A stretch of DNA of 55,847 nt from Methanobacteriota archaeon (GTDB lineage: Archaea; Thermoplasmatota; Thermoplasmata; RBG-16-68-12). A program made the translations under genes and the position numbers. The DNA lies in the NCBI GenBank assembly GCA_005879065.1, contig VBLU01000003.1:1-55847 (forward strand), written 5' to 3'. Shown in pieces: positions 9,774-18,753 of the stretch. Under the pieces are notes generated by a model. That model saw only the letters and a list, made by a program, of their open reading frames with translations. It did no database searches and was not told the origin of the DNA. Each line of letters opens with the position of its first letter. Within the stretch, counting starts at the first letter, position 1.

Positions 9774-10532
9774 CTACCGCTCCCGCCATTCGTATAGCCC
9801 CCACGCCGCGGCGAGGCCCACGGCGGTGGAAAGGACCAGAAGCCCTCCGTCTACGGCGAGGTTGGCGGGGCCTCCGAGCCCCAGGGCCCCTTGGACGAGT
9901 AGGGCGGCGTAGGTGGCGGGCAAGAGCCGCGCGACCCCTCCCCAGACGGGCGGGAGGATGGAGATCGGATAGTAGAGGGGCGACAGGATCCCGAGCAGGG
10001 TGAAGAGCAGGTTGCCCACCGGCCAGACCTCCCGCTGGCTCCGGAGCCGGGTCGAGACCGCGATCCCGATGGCGGAATAGAGGACCCAGATCGTCAGGAT
10101 GCATCCGATCAGCACGAGCCATCCCCCGAGGGAGACGTAGGTCACGTTCGCGAGGATGACTCCGAGGACGACGAGGGCTGGCATCGCAGGGATGAGATTC
10201 GAGAACGCGACGCCGAACAGGTAGCGGACCTTGTCGTGCGGCGAGGCAACGAAGATGTCCTGAAGCCGGAGTTCGATCCGGAATACGGCGGAATCGGACA
10301 GGCACCAACTACCGATGTTCTGCGTCGAGAAGAGCATCGCACCCGCGACCTGCAACGGGAAGTACTTCGGCGGCGCAATGACGGAGAGGAAGTACAGGAA
10401 GAAGAACGGCTGCAGGAGGGGCACGATGGCCGCGGCGGGACTGCGCCAGACCCACCTCCATCCGATCCAGGCCCAGGCAGGGAGCACGCGCCCCCGTTGT
10501 GGCTGGGAACGGAGCTGGACGTCGGTGGCCAT
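9774..10532 (-). CDS. ABC-2 type transporter permease
   Basis: C-terminal 252 codons of track ORF 9774..11264. ATG 10532 lies 2 nt after the upstream permease stop. Six predicted TM helices. Confidence 0.8.
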   Translation of the reverse strand: MATDVQLRSQPQRGRVLPAWAWIGWRWVWRSPAAAIVPLLQPFFFLYFLSVIAPPKYFPLQVAGAMLFSTQNIGSWCLSDSAVFRIELRLQDIFVASPHDKVRYLFGVAFSNLIPAMPALVVLGVILANVTYVSLGGWLVLIGCILTIWVLYSAIGIAVSTRLRSQREVWPVGNLLFTLLGILSPLYYPISILPPVWGGVARLLPATYAALLVQGALGLGGPANLAVDGGLLVLSTAVGLAAAWGLYEWRER

Positions 10533-10534
10533 GG

Positions 10535-11281
10535 TCAACGCTCCCGGGCCATCCTCCGGGCCCAGTAGATTCCAAACACGAACAGGATCACGGCCTCGGC
10601 GGCGAGGGCGACCGCGGCGACCGTCCCCTCTTGCCGAGTCACCGGCTCGAGCCCAGCGGCCGCGTTCACCAGGATCGCGGCGGCGCTCGTTGGGACGATC
10701 AAGACAAGCGACCGCCACTCGATGGGCACCTTGCTCAAGGGATAGAACACGGGGGGCAGGATGCCGAACAGGTTCGTGAGCAGCGCCGAGTAAGGCCAGA
10801 TCGTCTTCATGTCCTTGAACAGGGTCGAGACGACGTAACCGATCGTGGACGAGACCGCCCACACGGCGAGAAGGCACACCGCGAGCGTGAGGCCCGCCAC
10901 GAGGCCGAGCGGGTGAATGAGTTCCAAGATGCCGAGGACGACCAAGCTCGGCGGCAGATAGGCGACCAGCATTCCTCCCGCGATTCCGACGAAATATCCT
11001 TCCGGCGATAGAGGGCTTGCGTGGTACAGCTCGTTCAATTTGTGGTCGATCCGGATGTACGCGGCCTCGTTCAGGACCCGTTGTCCGATCAGGAACATCG
11101 AGTACACGAGGGCGCCGATCAACGTGACCGGCAGCAGATCCGCCGCGAGGATGGCGACGAACACGATCAGCGCACCCGGCGTCAGCGTGCCGGTCACGAT
11201 CGCGAGCCATTCGTGGAACTGCACCCGGATCTCCGTGGCGAAGAAGGCGCCGGAGCCGGACCAACGGAGTCCAAGGGCCAT
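10535..11281 (-). CDS. ABC-2 type transporter permease
   Basis: 248-aa polytopic membrane protein directly downstream of the ABC ATPase, with tight spacing. Confidence 0.8.
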   Translation of the reverse strand: MALGLRWSGSGAFFATEIRVQFHEWLAIVTGTLTPGALIVFVAILAADLLPVTLIGALVYSMFLIGQRVLNEAAYIRIDHKLNELYHASPLSPEGYFVGIAGGMLVAYLPPSLVVLGILELIHPLGLVAGLTLAVCLLAVWAVSSTIGYVVSTLFKDMKTIWPYSALLTNLFGILPPVFYPLSKVPIEWRSLVLIVPTSAAAILVNAAAGLEPVTRQEGTVAAVALAAEAVILFVFGIYWARRMARER

Positions 11282-11285
11282 GCGA

Positions 11286-12224
11286 TCACTCGGCGTCGAT
11301 CGATCGGCCGACGATCGTCAAGAACGCCTCCTCGAGGGTCACCGGACCCACCGTCGCCGACAGGCGGTTTCGAAGGGCCACGTCCATGATCTCGTGGATT
11401 CGCTCCGGCCCTGTGATCACATACAGGGCGTTCCCCTCTTCGACCAGCTGGCCGAAGGCCTGGAACAGATTCCGTTGGTGGCCCCCGTCCTCGATGGAGA
11501 CGCGCAACGTCCCACCGATCTGACGTTTCGCATTCTCCGCGGTCCCTTCGAAAAGGACGCGGCCTTCTTCGACGATGTACAACCGCTCGGAGAGCGCCTC
11601 GGCCTCGTCGAGGTAGTGGGTCGTGAGTAGGACCGTGGATCCTTTCTGCGTGAGTTCCCGGAGCATGTCCCACACGGCTCGTCGCGCAAAGGGATCGAGC
11701 CCGATTGTCGGCTCGTCCAAGAACATGAGCGGCGCCTCGGTCGCCATCACCGTGGCGACCATCGCGCGTTGCCTCTGTCCGCCGCTCAAGGTGACGCTGA
11801 GACGGTCACCGACCTCCTCGAGCCCCATCTTCGCGAGCGCCTCTTCGGTACGCGCCCTCGCGGTGTCCCGAGCGAATCCTCGGGCGCGCAGGTAGCAGTA
11901 GACTTGCTCGCGGGGCGTGAGGTGGAAGAACGGCTTCCCTTCCTGCGGCACGACCGCGATGAGAGGTCGCACGCGTTCCGGTTCATCGACGACGTCGAAG
12001 CCGAAAGCATGAATCCTCCCGGACGTCGGGATTAACAGGGTGGAGGCGATCCGCAGGAACGTCGTCTTGCCCGCGCCGTTCCGGCCGAGGAGGGCCACTC
12101 GCTCCCCGCGACGGATGGAGAGGGACACGCCCCGGAGCGCCTCGACGCCCAGCCCCTTTCGGCTGCGGTACACCTTCCGGACGTCCCTCGCCAGGAGGGC
12201 TTCCTCGGTCACGGGCCGGTGCAA
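11286..12224 (-). CDS. ABC transporter ATP-binding protein (DrrA/ABC-2 subfamily)
   Basis: Walker A GRNGAGKTT, signature LSGGQRQR, Walker B LMFLDEPTIGLD, H-loop TTHY. The start is TTG 12224 or GTG 12212. Confidence 0.9.
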   Translation of the reverse strand: MHRPVTEEALLARDVRKVYRSRKGLGVEALRGVSLSIRRGERVALLGRNGAGKTTFLRIASTLLIPTSGRIHAFGFDVVDEPERVRPLIAVVPQEGKPFFHLTPREQVYCYLRARGFARDTARARTEEALAKMGLEEVGDRLSVTLSGGQRQRAMVATVMATEAPLMFLDEPTIGLDPFARRAVWDMLRELTQKGSTVLLTTHYLDEAEALSERLYIVEEGRVLFEGTAENAKRQIGGTLRVSIEDGGHQRNLFQAFGQLVEEGNALYVITGPERIHEIMDVALRNRLSATVGPVTLEEAFLTIVGRSIDAE

Positions 12225-12260
12225 GCGAAGAGCGCGTATAAAGCTAGATTCCGAGTCGGA

Positions 12261-12827
12261 TTAGGTCCACGATTTCTCGGAGCCCGACGCTTCGCCACCG
12301 CCCATCATCGCGAATGCCGCTTGTCGCTTCGCTTCCTTCTCCTGCTCGCTCATCTTAACGGCCATCGAGACGGACCAGATGTGGCCGAACGGATCCTGGA
12401 GCTTGCCGTATCGTTCCCCCCAGAATTGGTTCTCGAGCGGCAACGTCGGTTTCGCCCCTGCGTTCAAGGCCTGGTTCCAAAGTTTGTCGACGTCCTTCGC
12501 GTTGATGTGCAGATTGACGGTCGTCGCCCCCGCATGCGTCGGACTCTTCGAATCGCCGCCCGGGAACTCATCGGACATCATGATGACGGAATCCCCGATC
12601 CGGATCGTCGCGTGCATGAGGGTGCCATCGGGCATCGGTGACCGGTCGATCTCCTTCGCGCCGAACGCCCTCTTGTAGAACTCGATCGCCTTCGAGGCAC
12701 CCTCGATCACCAGGTAGGGCGTCACGGTGCGCATCCCACTCGGCCTCGCTGGCGTCTGCGTTTTTCTCTGGGCTGGTCTGCGGGTCGATTTCTCTCTCGT
12801 CGTTGCGCGCTTCGTGCGTCGTGCCAT
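12261..12827 (-). CDS. VOC/glyoxalase-fold protein (PhnB-like) with a basic N-terminal extension
   Basis: Core MRTVTPYLVIEGASKAIEFYKRAFGA...FWGERYGKLQDPFGHIW. ATG 12827 is preceded by GGGGAG and adds the 31-aa Arg/Lys/Thr-rich leader MARRTKRATTREKSTRRPAQRK... The alternative start is ATG 12734. Confidence 0.75.
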   Translation of the reverse strand: MARRTKRATTREKSTRRPAQRKTQTPARPSGMRTVTPYLVIEGASKAIEFYKRAFGAKEIDRSPMPDGTLMHATIRIGDSVIMMSDEFPGGDSKSPTHAGATTVNLHINAKDVDKLWNQALNAGAKPTLPLENQFWGERYGKLQDPFGHIWSVSMAVKMSEQEKEAKRQAAFAMMGGGEASGSEKSWT

Positions 12828-12873
12828 GTAAAACTCCCCGGGTCGCAAGACGGGTCGGCCACTTAAGGATAAC

Positions 12874-13446
12874 TCACCGTGCCGCGGACGCGGGCTCCGG
12901 TCCCAACCAAAGGCCCATGAGGACCTCGTCGACGAACTCGCCCCGGATCCGGACATGCCAGCGGCGGACTCCTTCCTGGACGAAGCCGAGGGATTCATAC
13001 AGACGGCACGCACGATGGTTCGTGGCGAAGACCGCCAACTCCGCCTTTGCGAAACTCCGCGAGCGCATCCATTCCAGCACGCGTTCCATCATCCGGCGGC
13101 CGAGGCCGGCCTCGCGCCAGCCGTCCTGGATCGCGATTCCGATGCCGCCGACATGGCGGTCCTTAGGGAAGGGCCCGGCGTGACAATCCGCCGCTCCGAC
13201 GACCTCCCCGTCTGCGACCGCGACGAAGAGCACGTTGCGCTCGCCGTCGAAGCCGGAAAGCCACCGTTGCTCCTCCTTCAGGTTAGGCACCTCTTCGAGC
13301 ATGAGGTAGACCTGTTCTCGGCCGATGCGGTTCGCGTTGCGCATCGTGGACTCCGCGTCATCCATCCGGCCGGGCCGCAGCAACACCGTCCGCCCGTCCC
13401 GGAGGGTGAAGGCTTCCTCTCGCATCGGGTCCGCCATGAGGCTCAC
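12874..13446 (-). CDS. GNAT family N-acetyltransferase
   Basis: Acetyl-CoA binding motif region IAIQDGWREAGLGRRMMERVLEW...NHRACRLYESLGF. The GTG start overlaps the upstream stop (GTGA). Confidence 0.85.
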   Translation of the reverse strand: MSLMADPMREEAFTLRDGRTVLLRPGRMDDAESTMRNANRIGREQVYLMLEEVPNLKEEQRWLSGFDGERNVLFVAVADGEVVGAADCHAGPFPKDRHVGGIGIAIQDGWREAGLGRRMMERVLEWMRSRSFAKAELAVFATNHRACRLYESLGFVQEGVRRWHVRIRGEFVDEVLMGLWLGPEPASAAR

Positions 13447-14540
13447 AGCGGGAACTTGTCCAGGACCTCCGGACGACGCCGCTCCCCGGAGGCCAGGTAC
13501 GCCTCCATCTGCTCCTTAACTTGCGGGCTCATGTCCGCGAAGACGTCCCCGAAGAGCGTCTCGATCGGAGGCGGAGGATTCCGTTCGACTTCTTTGATCG
13601 TATTCTGAACCAGGTCGTCGAGCTCGGCTCGCAACGCGTCGTCTCGATCCTTCGACCAGAGCCCCTTTAATTCCAGGTACTTCCGCATGCGATCGATCGG
13701 GTCGCGCCGGGCCCAGGCCTCGACCTCCTCCTTCGGACGATATCGGGTCGGATCGTCGCTCGAGGAATGCGGGCCCATCCGGTAGGTCACCCCCTCGATC
13801 ATCGTGGGACCGCCACCGGCCCGCGCCTTGTCCACCGCGGCCTTCGTGGCGGCGTACACCGCGAGGAGATCGTTGCCGTCGAGTCGGACGCCGTCCATGC
13901 CGTACGCCCGGGCCTTCTCGGCCAGGGTTTTCGACGCGGTCTGTTTCGCGACGGGGACCGAGATCGCCCACTGGTTGTTCTTGCAGAAGAAGATTGTCGG
14001 CGCCTTGAACACGCCAGCGAAGTTCATCCCCGCGTGGAAGTCTCCTTCGCTCGTCGCGCCGTCCCCGAAGTACGTCAGGCTGACGGAGTCCTCCTTGCGG
14101 ATCTTCGCAGCCCAGGCCGTGCCGACGGCCTGTGTGATCTGCGTCCCAACCGGACTCGAGGTCGTGACGTAGCGGATGCTGGCGGATCCGAAGTGGTTCG
14201 GCATCTGACGGCCGTATTGCGGATCCTGGGCGTTCCCGTAGGCCTGGGCGATCAGCGTCTCGAGAGGGAACCCCCTCCAGATGGCGGCCCCGGGCTCGCG
14301 GTAGGCAGGGAAGACCCAGTCGCGCTTCTCGAGCGCCATCGCGCTCCCGATCTGGCACGCCTCCTCTCCCGTGCTCGGCACATAGAAACCGATTCGACCT
14401 TGGCGTTGCAGCGAGAGCATGCGCGTGTCGAGCGTCCGGACCAGGACGAGGTGGCGATACGCCGTCTTCAGGACTTCCGCCGGGAGCTTCGGTTCCATCT
14501 TGGAATCATACGTCCCGTCCACGTCGACGATGCGGAGCAT
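13443..14540 (-). CDS. 2-oxoacid dehydrogenase E1 component alpha subunit (ThDP-dependent), paralog 1
   Basis: LQRQGRIGFY, YREPG and the ThDP motif GDGATSEGDFHAGMNFAGVFKAPTIFFCKNNQWAIS. Clearly homologous along its whole length to the E1alpha at 25440..26513. Confidence 0.9.
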   Translation of the reverse strand: MLRIVDVDGTYDSKMEPKLPAEVLKTAYRHLVLVRTLDTRMLSLQRQGRIGFYVPSTGEEACQIGSAMALEKRDWVFPAYREPGAAIWRGFPLETLIAQAYGNAQDPQYGRQMPNHFGSASIRYVTTSSPVGTQITQAVGTAWAAKIRKEDSVSLTYFGDGATSEGDFHAGMNFAGVFKAPTIFFCKNNQWAISVPVAKQTASKTLAEKARAYGMDGVRLDGNDLLAVYAATKAAVDKARAGGGPTMIEGVTYRMGPHSSSDDPTRYRPKEEVEAWARRDPIDRMRKYLELKGLWSKDRDDALRAELDDLVQNTIKEVERNPPPPIETLFGDVFADMSPQVKEQMEAYLASGERRRPEVLDKFPL

Positions 14541-14559
14541 GCCTTCTTCGGTCGTCCTC

Positions 14560-15465
14560 TCACCCCCGCGAATCTCGCCGTCGTTCCCGGATGACCTTCT
14601 CCATGAAAAATTCGCCGGCTCGGTACGACGAGCGGACGAGCGGTCCGGCGGCGACGTAGATGAAGCCCATCGCCTCGCCCGCCTCGCGGAATCGGTCGAA
14701 GGCCTCCGGCGGAACGTACTCCTGCACAGGGAGATGCCAATCGCTCGGTCGCAGATATTGGCCCAAGGTCAGGATGTCCACGTTCGCGGCGCGAAGGTCC
14801 CCCATCGTCTCGAGGACCTCCTCGCGCGTCTCCCCCAGGCCGAGCATGATCGAGGACTTCGTGAAGAGTCCGTCGCGCATGCCCTTCGCTCCCCGGAGGA
14901 CGTGAAGGCTCTGCGCGTAGTTGGCGCGGCGGTCCCTCACGACGGACTGGAGGCGTTCGACGGTCTCGACATTGTGGTCAAGCACGTCCACGCCGGCGTC
15001 GACGACGGACCGCACCGCCTCGAGGTCTCCCTGGAAATCCGGGATGAGGGCCTCGACGAGCAAGTCGGGACGGCGGGCCTTGATCTCCCGCACCGTCTTT
15101 GCGAAGTGGGCCGCGCCTCCGTCGGGCAGGTCGTCGCGATCGACCGATGTGAGCACGACGTAGGTGAGGTCCATTTCGGCGAGGGCGATCGCCACTTTGG
15201 TCGGTTCGTCCAGGTCGAGGGCTCCATGCGGATTGCCCGATTTCACCGCGCAGAAATGGCAGCCGCGGGTGCAGGTGTCCCCCATCAGCATGATCGTCGC
15301 GGTCCCTCCGCCCCAACACTCCCAGACGTTGGGGCAATGGGCCTCCTCGCACACGGTATGCAAGTCCAGGGAGCGGACGAGGCTCTTCAGGCGACCGTAG
15401 TTCTCACCGGCCGGGGGTCGGACCCGGAGCCACTCCGGTTTCCGCTCCGCGAGCATGACTCCCAT
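14560..15465 (-). CDS. lipA: lipoyl synthase
   Basis: ORF 14560..15714. N-terminal cluster motif [12 protein letters not shown], radical-SAM motif CTRGCHFC, and the C-terminal RSSY motif. Start taken at ATG 15465 ([15 protein letters not shown]). Confidence 0.92.
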   Translation of the reverse strand: MGVMLAERKPEWLRVRPPAGENYGRLKSLVRSLDLHTVCEEAHCPNVWECWGGGTATIMLMGDTCTRGCHFCAVKSGNPHGALDLDEPTKVAIALAEMDLTYVVLTSVDRDDLPDGGAAHFAKTVREIKARRPDLLVEALIPDFQGDLEAVRSVVDAGVDVLDHNVETVERLQSVVRDRRANYAQSLHVLRGAKGMRDGLFTKSSIMLGLGETREEVLETMGDLRAANVDILTLGQYLRPSDWHLPVQEYVPPEAFDRFREAGEAMGFIYVAAGPLVRSSYRAGEFFMEKVIRERRRDSRG

Positions 15466-15512
15466 CTTATCGTCGACTCCGCTTATGAGCCTGAGCCCTC
15501 GCGCGCATCGCG

Positions 15513-15836
15513 TCAGCCGAATCGGAACTCGACACCGTAGGAGCCGCGAGGGTAGCTCCAGTGGATCGCGTCCTTCCCGATGTGCTTGCACACGATGGCA
15601 CATGCGCCGAGCTCGATGCACCCTTCCGTGTTGTAGACCAACGCGCCCTTCTCCAGGTGGTACACCTTCGAGGGACACACGTACAGGCAAGGCTTTGTCT
15701 CGCACGTGCGACACACGTCCGTGTCGACCGTGATGAACGGCTCCTCGTCAAACTCGAACCGGTCCAGGCCCACGCGCTCGTCCACGGTCAGGGGCTTCGA
15801 AGCGTCCGCCTTCGGGGGTTCCGGCATAAGGAACAT
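15513..15836 (-). CDS. fixX: FixX-type ferredoxin-like protein
   Basis: C-terminal 107 codons of ORF 15513..16097 (start ATG 15836). [14 protein letters not shown] ... [13 protein letters not shown] pattern typical of the ETF-QO-associated FixX. Confidence 0.8.
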   Translation of the reverse strand: MFLMPEPPKADASKPLTVDERVGLDRFEFDEEPFITVDTDVCRTCETKPCLYVCPSKVYHLEKGALVYNTEGCIELGACAIVCKHIGKDAIHWSYPRGSYGVEFRFG

Positions 15837-15868
15837 CGTCGAAACCGGGAGCCGGTAATAAAGGGTTG

Positions 15869-15887
15869 GTGGCCCGTGGAGGGCCAC
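15869..15887. promoter_or_regulatory. inverted repeat GTGGCCC-N5-GGGCCAC in the fixX / V4R divergent intergenic region
   Basis: Perfect 7-bp arms. Flanked by the AT-rich boxes GGTAATAAAGG (15855-15865) and TTCTATAGGA (about 15918-15927) facing the two divergent genes. Confidence 0.3.
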
Positions 15888-15985
15888 GTTATCAGCGGAG
15901 GCAACCAGGGGGAAACCTTCTATAGGATTGGTCCGGCATCGTCGCGCTCGTCCGGCGCAATTCGGCGACGGAAAGGGTTCGTCCC

Positions 15986-16582
15986 ATGCCCGCGCGTGAC
16001 CGGAAGGCTTCGACGATCGATCTGGCCGAAGACCTGTCGGTCCTCTCTCCCGAACGAGCGAAGGAATTCCTTGTTGCGGCCTTGGAACCCGACACACGTT
16101 CCGGCGTGCTCCGCTTCTCTAAGGTCCCGTCGGTCATCGTCCGCCCGGAGGCGATCGTGAATATCCAACGACAGCTCGAGCAGACGATCGGCGGGTCCTC
16201 GAAGGGCATCCTGTACCTCTCTGGGGAACGCAGCGCTCGGGACGGAATGAATCCGTTCGAATCGATCGTGTCGACGCGCGCTCCGCTCACCCTCGCCAAC
16301 GCGCGGCGGCTCATGGACGCCTCGGCCCTCCTCGGTTGGGGTCGCCTGGAGATCTCCCTCTTCGACCCAGAGAACGGCCGCCTGGTCCTCGCGGTCACGA
16401 ACAGTCCTCTCGCCCGAGCCTACGGCGCGTCCAAAAAACCCGTGTGCCACTTCCTCACCGGATGGATCGCGGGGCTCGGCCGGAGCCTCCTGGAGCGCGA
16501 GGTGCTCTGTGAAGAGACCGCATGCGCCGCGCAAGGCCGCGGACGTTGCGAGTTCGAATTGCGGCCGATCGGTCCTCCCTGA
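15986..16582 (+). CDS. V4R (4-vinyl reductase-like) domain protein
   Basis: C-terminal pattern CHFLTGWIAGLGRSLLEREVLCEETACAAQGRGRCEFEL matches the V4R small-molecule-binding domain (conserved Cys/Gly pattern). Confidence 0.7.
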   Translation: MPARDRKASTIDLAEDLSVLSPERAKEFLVAALEPDTRSGVLRFSKVPSVIVRPEAIVNIQRQLEQTIGGSSKGILYLSGERSARDGMNPFESIVSTRAPLTLANARRLMDASALLGWGRLEISLFDPENGRLVLAVTNSPLARAYGASKKPVCHFLTGWIAGLGRSLLEREVLCEETACAAQGRGRCEFELRPIGPP

Positions 16583-16639
16583 CCTTTCGGAGAAAGACTT
16601 TTACCCGTCCCGCTTTTCCGAGGCGGGAAGCGGGAGACC

Positions 16640-17932
16640 GTGGAGCGTTTTGATGCCATCGTCGTCGGAGCGGGACCCGCGGGTTCCTCGGCCGCGCTGA
16701 CCTTGGCGCGCAAAGGGTTCTCGACCCTCCTCGTCGAACGCGGACGGTCGCCGGGCGTAAAGGGCATGTTCGGCGGGCGGATTTATTCCTGGGCCCTCCA
16801 AGACCTTCTCCCGGACTGGGCGAAGGACTGTCCCGTCGAGCGCTACGTGGTCCGGGAGAACATGGTGTTCCTGACCGAGGACGCGTCCCTCGGGATTTCC
16901 TTCGATTCGACGAAACTCGGGCAAGGCCGGGCCGCGAGCTTCACCGCGGTGCGCGCCAAGTTCGACGGATGGCTCGCGAAGAAAGCCCAGGACGCCGGCG
17001 CGACGCTCGTGACCGGGATTCGGGTGGACGACCTCTGGAAGGAGGACGGCCACGTCCGCGGCGTGATGGTCGCTCCGAACGACCGGGTCGGTGCCGATGT
17101 GGTCGTGATCGCGGAAGGGGCGACGTCGATTCTCACGAGAGCAGCGGGCCTGAAGGCGGACCTGGAACCGCGCGAAGTGTCGGTCGGCGTGAAGGAGACG
17201 ATCGAGCTGCCCGCGGAAACGATCCAAGAACGGTTCGGACTCGGGGAGAAGGAGGGCGCCGCGTTCGTGTTCGCCGGCCAGAGTTCCCTGGGTCTCCGCG
17301 GCGGGGGCTTCCTCTACACGAACCAGTCGACGATCTCCCTCGGCCTCGTCGTGTCCTCGGAAGACCTTTCCCGCAAGAAGGTCGAAATCCAGGAGGTGCA
17401 GAATCGGTTCCGCCTGCATCCCGCGGTCCAACGATGGATCCGAGGTGGCAAGGTGGTCGAATACAGCGCCCACCTGGTCCCGGAACTCGGGGCGGGCATG
17501 ATGCCCCGGCTCTGGGGGGACGGCGTCCTCGTGGCGGGCGACGCCGCAGGGTTCCTGATCAACAACGGATACACGTTTCGCGGTGTGGACCTGGCGATTG
17601 CCTCGGGGATCGCCGCGGGTGAGGCGGCGAACGCGGCCCGCTCCGCCGGCAGCATGAGGGCGGCGAATCTCGCGGCCTACGACCGGTTTCTTCGAGCGAG
17701 CAACGTGCTGACGGATCTCGAGCGGTTCCGGCGAGCACCGCTCTACATGAAGAACGAGCGCCTCTTCGACGTGTATCCGCGCATGTTGATGGAAATCGCC
17801 GAGCGGCTGTACACCGTGGACGGAAGCGGACAACAGCGGCTCGTGGACGCCGTCCTGGAGCAGGCGGCCTCGGCGGACGTCCCGAAACTGAAGATGCTCC
17901 TCGACCTGTTGCAGGGAGCCCGATCGATGTGA
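16640..17932 (+). CDS. fixC: FAD-dependent ETF:quinone oxidoreductase-like protein
   Basis: GTG start with a GGGAG SD. Dinucleotide fold FDAIVVGAGPAGSSAALTLARKG. About 430 aa, with typical FixC length and context. Confidence 0.88.
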   Translation: MERFDAIVVGAGPAGSSAALTLARKGFSTLLVERGRSPGVKGMFGGRIYSWALQDLLPDWAKDCPVERYVVRENMVFLTEDASLGISFDSTKLGQGRAASFTAVRAKFDGWLAKKAQDAGATLVTGIRVDDLWKEDGHVRGVMVAPNDRVGADVVVIAEGATSILTRAAGLKADLEPREVSVGVKETIELPAETIQERFGLGEKEGAAFVFAGQSSLGLRGGGFLYTNQSTISLGLVVSSEDLSRKKVEIQEVQNRFRLHPAVQRWIRGGKVVEYSAHLVPELGAGMMPRLWGDGVLVAGDAAGFLINNGYTFRGVDLAIASGIAAGEAANAARSAGSMRAANLAAYDRFLRASNVLTDLERFRRAPLYMKNERLFDVYPRMLMEIAERLYTVDGSGQQRLVDAVLEQAASADVPKLKMLLDLLQGARSM

Positions 17933-17958
17933 GTGGCCCTCCGTCCGGGATGCGCCCG

Positions 17959-18753
17959 ATGCGCATCATCGTGTGCATCAAGCAGGTTCCGAAGGCCCAG
18001 GAACTCCAGGTCGATCCGGTCACGCAGACGTTGAAACGGGTCGGCGTGCCGAGCGAGATCAACCCGCCGGACGCGAATGCCCTGGAGATCGCCCTCACGT
18101 TGAAGGACCGTCACCCGGCTGAGGTCGTCGTGCTCTCCATGGGACCGACCTCCTTCGACGAGAGCCTGGAGCGGGCCGTGGCCATGGGGGCGGACCGATC
18201 CGTCCTCCTGACGGACCGCATCCTCGGAGGATCGGATACGGTGCCGACGGCGTACGCGCTGAGCGAGACGATCCAGAAGATCGGCGGATACGATCTCATC
18301 CTGACCGGAGAGGAGACGACGGACGCATCGACGGGTCACGTGGGCCCGGGGATTGCGGGCCATCTGGACCTGCCGCAGATCACCTACGTGTCCGAGGTCC
18401 GGATTGTCGACAACACGGTCCGCGCGCGCCGGACCGCCGAGGATGGGACGGAATGGTGGCAGACGAACATGCCCTCCCTTTGCACTGTGAACTTTGGGTG
18501 CAACAAGCCCCGTTCCCCGACGTTGACGGGAAAGATCCGAGTGAAGCGCGGCGGCGTGATCGTCCACTGGTCCTGCGCCGACGTCGGGATCGACCCGAAG
18601 AAGGTCGGGCTGCTCAATTCGCCGACGATCGTCGCCAAGGTCGACACGATCCGGCTCCCACCCCGTGCGGGCCGGATTTTCTCCGGGGACGCGAAGGAGT
18701 CCGTCCGCGCCCTCCTCGACGCCCTGATCCGAGACCGGGTGGTCGCCCCGTGA
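17959..18753 (+). CDS. fixA: electron transfer flavoprotein beta subunit
   Basis: ORF 17929..18753. MRIIVCIKQVP N-terminus, then LILTGEETTDASTGHVGPGIA. Start taken at ATG 17959. Confidence 0.88.
   Translation: MRIIVCIKQVPKAQELQVDPVTQTLKRVGVPSEINPPDANALEIALTLKDRHPAEVVVLSMGPTSFDESLERAVAMGADRSVLLTDRILGGSDTVPTAYALSETIQKIGGYDLILTGEETTDASTGHVGPGIAGHLDLPQITYVSEVRIVDNTVRARRTAEDGTEWWQTNMPSLCTVNFGCNKPRSPTLTGKIRVKRGGVIVHWSCADVGIDPKKVGLLNSPTIVAKVDTIRLPPRAGRIFSGDAKESVRALLDALIRDRVVAP

Noticed and set aside
10533-11264. Reading 9774..11264 as a single 496-aa gene
   Set aside because: The upstream 243 codons are out of frame with the real second permease (10535..11281) and lack TM helices. The true gene starts at ATG 10532, 2 nt after the upstream stop.
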